Shown here piece by piece: positions 12,129-14,430 of a stretch of 14,430 bases of DNA. Both the position numbers and the translations under genes were made by a program. Below the pieces are notes generated by a model, which did not search any database, had not been told where the DNA came from, and saw only the letters and a list, made by a program, of their open reading frames with translations. This DNA comes from Lentisphaerales bacterium (lineage in GTDB: Bacteria; Verrucomicrobiota; Kiritimatiellia; SPBP01), in assembly GCA_032123355.1 (NCBI GenBank), contig JAQBFM010000150.1:1-14430 (forward strand), given 5' to 3'. Numbering within the stretch: the first letter of the stretch is position 1; every line of letters begins with the position of its first letter.

Positions 12129-13991
12129 ATGAAACTGAAAACACTTCCAGCGAATATCCTCAGAGCACTAATGGCCGCGGACCGTTTGCCGGTGTTGACG
12201 TTCGCGCTCCCCAACATGGTGTTCGTTACCCTCCTGATTGTGCGTCCGTCGTTCGCCGGGATCCGGGCAGCCTACAACTTCAATACCTTGCTTATCCCGT
12301 GCCTGTTCATCCTTTGGGCCGTGATTCGTCTTGGACAATGGCGGTGGCATCGGGGCAATTGGCAAGCATTACGAGCTGCCGTGATCTGTATCGTTATCGC
12401 GGCATTGGCCCTGGGCCTGCGGCTATATGCAACGCATATTGAGCCATACCGCCTGGTTGTGCGCGAGGTCTCGATCGAGAGCGAGAAGGTATCTCGACCA
12501 TTGCGAATACTGCACATTACGGACATTCAGTCTGCCGGGGTCGGTTCGTATGAGCGCAAAGCGTTTGCCAGGATGCGCGAGTTGAAGCCGGATCTGATAG
12601 TTCACACGGGCGACTTGCTTCAACTGCTACCCCCGGCGACCTTCGAATCGGAGCTTCCGAAGATTGCCGCGTTGTTCCGTACGCTTACGCCTCGCCTTGG
12701 AGTCTATGGCGTGATAGGCGATGTTGACCGGATAACAGAAGGGATACCCACACAGGATCTGGGGGGACTGAAGATCCTCTCCGACGAAGAGGCTGTTGTC
12801 GAGTGCGACGGAACCCGGGTGAGAATACTCGGAATCTCACGTCAGGCTTCCGGGGGAAACGCCAACGGGACCACGGACATAAAAAACTGGTTCACTGAGA
12901 CACAGCCGTCAGATTTCACAATTCTTCTCGGGCATAGCCCCGACTACATAATGTCGATACAGGACGTTCCAATCGATCTGTGTCTGGCCGGGCATACTCA
13001 TGGGGGACAGATACGCATTCCGTTCGTGGGCCCGCTGGTGACCCTGAGCGATGTTCCCAGGGCCTGGGCCCGCGGGTTCCGAGAGGTCAACAGGACACGA
13101 TTGAATGTATCTGCAGGGATCGGAAGTGAACACAAGGACCGGGTCCCACCAATTCGTCTCGCATGCCCGCCAGAGATGACACTTATCACGATTGTTCCAA
13201 AGGTCGCTTTTGTCGAGAAGTCGACTCGTCTGACGCAGATGCCGGGAAATGGGATCGTGGCGTTCTTTGTGAAGAACTTGCCGCCGTGGAAGGCCATCAT
13301 CATGGGTGGACCGATCGGGATCTTATGGGCCTATGGCTGTCTATACTTTGCAGGATGCATGAAAAGGCGCAAAAGGATGAAGACCGGCTACACGCGTAAG
13401 ATATTTCATTTCCTTATCTTCATGAGTGTGGCCGCTATCCACTTGATATGGGGCGCTCCTATCGTTTGTCTGTTCGGCGGCATGACAACTCTGGTCATCT
13501 TTTATGCCGTATTCCGGGGGCCCGGGCATCTTCTCTATGAAGCAATGGCGAGAGAGAAGGATGAGCCGCATCGCACGTACTATATAGTCGTCCCCTATTT
13601 CGCGACATTAATTGGCGGTCTCACGAGCAATATCCTGTTTGGCGATGTTGCTCTCATCGGTTACTTGATCACCGGGCTCGGAGACGCCATTGGCGAACCT
13701 GTCGGCACCCGTTTCGGAAAACACCAGTACAAGGTGCCGTCATTCCGCGGCGTCAAGGCCGTGCGCAGCTACGAAGGGTCGGCGGCTGTATTTGTCGTGA
13801 GCCTGTTGGCCATCATCGCGGGAACAGTCATGTCCCCTGCCCTGGAGTTGCCGGCATCCTCGTTCCTGGCCGTACCGTTACTGGCATTCCTGTGTATGAT
13901 CCTCGAGGCGGTCTCGCCACACGGTTGGGACAATGCGGTATTGCAGATTGTCCCCTCGTTTCTGGTCGCATTATCGATAGGAGGCGCATGA
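12129..13991 (+). CDS. Fusion protein of 620 aa. The N-terminal half is a membrane-anchored calcineurin-like metallophosphoesterase. The C-terminal half is a polytopic dolichol/polyprenol-kinase-like (CTP-transferase superfamily) domain.
   Basis: MPE motifs are present: LRILHITDIQS, HTGDL, GDVD, LLGHSPDY and LAGHTHGG. The C-terminal domain carries the DolK-type signature GDAIGEPVGTRFGKH...VKAVRSYEGSAAVFVVS. Its ATG is 1 nt after the upstream stop. Confidence 0.8.
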   Translation: MKLKTLPANILRALMAADRLPVLTFALPNMVFVTLLIVRPSFAGIRAAYNFNTLLIPCLFILWAVIRLGQWRWHRGNWQALRAAVICIVIAALALGLRLYATHIEPYRLVVREVSIESEKVSRPLRILHITDIQSAGVGSYERKAFARMRELKPDLIVHTGDLLQLLPPATFESELPKIAALFRTLTPRLGVYGVIGDVDRITEGIPTQDLGGLKILSDEEAVVECDGTRVRILGISRQASGGNANGTTDIKNWFTETQPSDFTILLGHSPDYIMSIQDVPIDLCLAGHTHGGQIRIPFVGPLVTLSDVPRAWARGFREVNRTRLNVSAGIGSEHKDRVPPIRLACPPEMTLITIVPKVAFVEKSTRLTQMPGNGIVAFFVKNLPPWKAIIMGGPIGILWAYGCLYFAGCMKRRKRMKTGYTRKIFHFLIFMSVAAIHLIWGAPIVCLFGGMTTLVIFYAVFRGPGHLLYEAMAREKDEPHRTYYIVVPYFATLIGGLTSNILFGDVALIGYLITGLGDAIGEPVGTRFGKHQYKVPSFRGVKAVRSYEGSAAVFVVSLLAIIAGTVMSPALELPASSFLAVPLLAFLCMILEAVSPHGWDNAVLQIVPSFLVALSIGGA

Positions 13992-14430
13992 TGAAGCTAC
14001 ATGGCATTCGAGCGAAAGTTGATCTGCTGTTACTACTCGGGACTCTTCCTCTGATCGGTCTGCTTATCACCCGGAAGTTCGCAGCCGAATACCTGGAGTT
14101 CCCACCGTTGACTCGCTACGTGGAACATGCCGGTTTCTCATGGGCTGTGTTTATCGGCCTTGCTGCGCTCGTCCTCATCGTTGTGACGCCGTTCGTCGTC
14201 CGCGTAGCTCGGTGTCAGATACGCATTTCACGTTCCACGCTCCGCACTCCGCGTTCCGCCTTCCCCTGGTGGGGATGGTGTGGCGTGGAACTTCTTGGCG
14301 TTACATGGTTGATGGCATGGACCCGGTTCTCGTGGTTTGCGTCACTGCAACTTTTCACGTTTGCCCCGATCTGGCTTGGATATATTCTCGTGGTCAATGG
14401 GCTGACCTGGAAGCGAACGGGGCACTGTCT
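13988..14430 (+). CDS. Polytopic membrane protein, 3'-truncated by the window end. Its function is unknown; it may be glycosyltransferase-like or otherwise lipid-related.
   Basis: The RBS AGGAGG at 13979..13984 is followed by an ATG at 13988 that overlaps the upstream TGA (ATGA). The frame is open to the window end. The translation is hydrophobic (LLLLLGTLPLIGLLI, FSWAVFIGLAALVLIVV, WFASLQLFTFAPIWLGYILVV). Confidence 0.5.
   Translation, partial: MMKLHGIRAKVDLLLLLGTLPLIGLLITRKFAAEYLEFPPLTRYVEHAGFSWAVFIGLAALVLIVVTPFVVRVARCQIRISRSTLRTPRSAFPWWGWCGVELLGVTWLMAWTRFSWFASLQLFTFAPIWLGYILVVNGLTWKRTGHC

Noticed and set aside
1-14430. CRISPR arrays, tRNA or rRNA genes
   Set aside because: No regularly spaced direct repeats were seen. 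No cloverleaf-compatible segments or rRNA-like conserved blocks were seen on either strand.

Overview
This is a bacterial-looking window of 14.4 kb, roughly 55-58% GC by eye, with an accessory or mosaic character. It holds, in order: (i) a DDE transposase that is 5'-complete and 3'-truncated at the window start (minus strand, 1..1272; IS4/IS1380-like core with an N-terminal HTH extension). (ii) An 825-aa secreted protein (1602..4079) with an N-terminal PDZ domain and no other recognisable function. (iii) A 1.24-kb degenerate insertion sequence (4125..5360), bounded by 22-bp inverted repeats with one mismatch and a 7-bp direct repeat GAAATAG. It carries IS5/IS1182-family transposase fragments in three reading frames and an intact 77-aa AbrB/SpoVT/MazE-type gene behind a palindromic promoter. 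(iv) A minus-strand operon of a 685-aa flotillin-like SPFH protein plus a small membrane protein, preceded by a near-consensus sigma-54 -24/-12 promoter, and divergent from (v) an NtrC-family sigma-54 activator whose receiver domain looks atypical. (vi) A tightly coupled plus-strand operon encoding a membrane protein, an HTH_34 winged-helix regulator, a Yip1-like membrane protein, a fusion of a membrane metallophosphoesterase with a dolichol/polyprenol-kinase-like domain, and a further membrane protein running off the window end. Two related GCAAAG-YG-CTTTG palindromes sit at promoter positions in this operon. Several short sequence modules (cttagggaca..., ggggtcatccct, ctgaattgccgcaatt...) recur in intergenic regions and overlap stop codons. 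I saw no rRNA, tRNA or CRISPR array. All domain calls come from reading the motifs by eye; no database search was possible.
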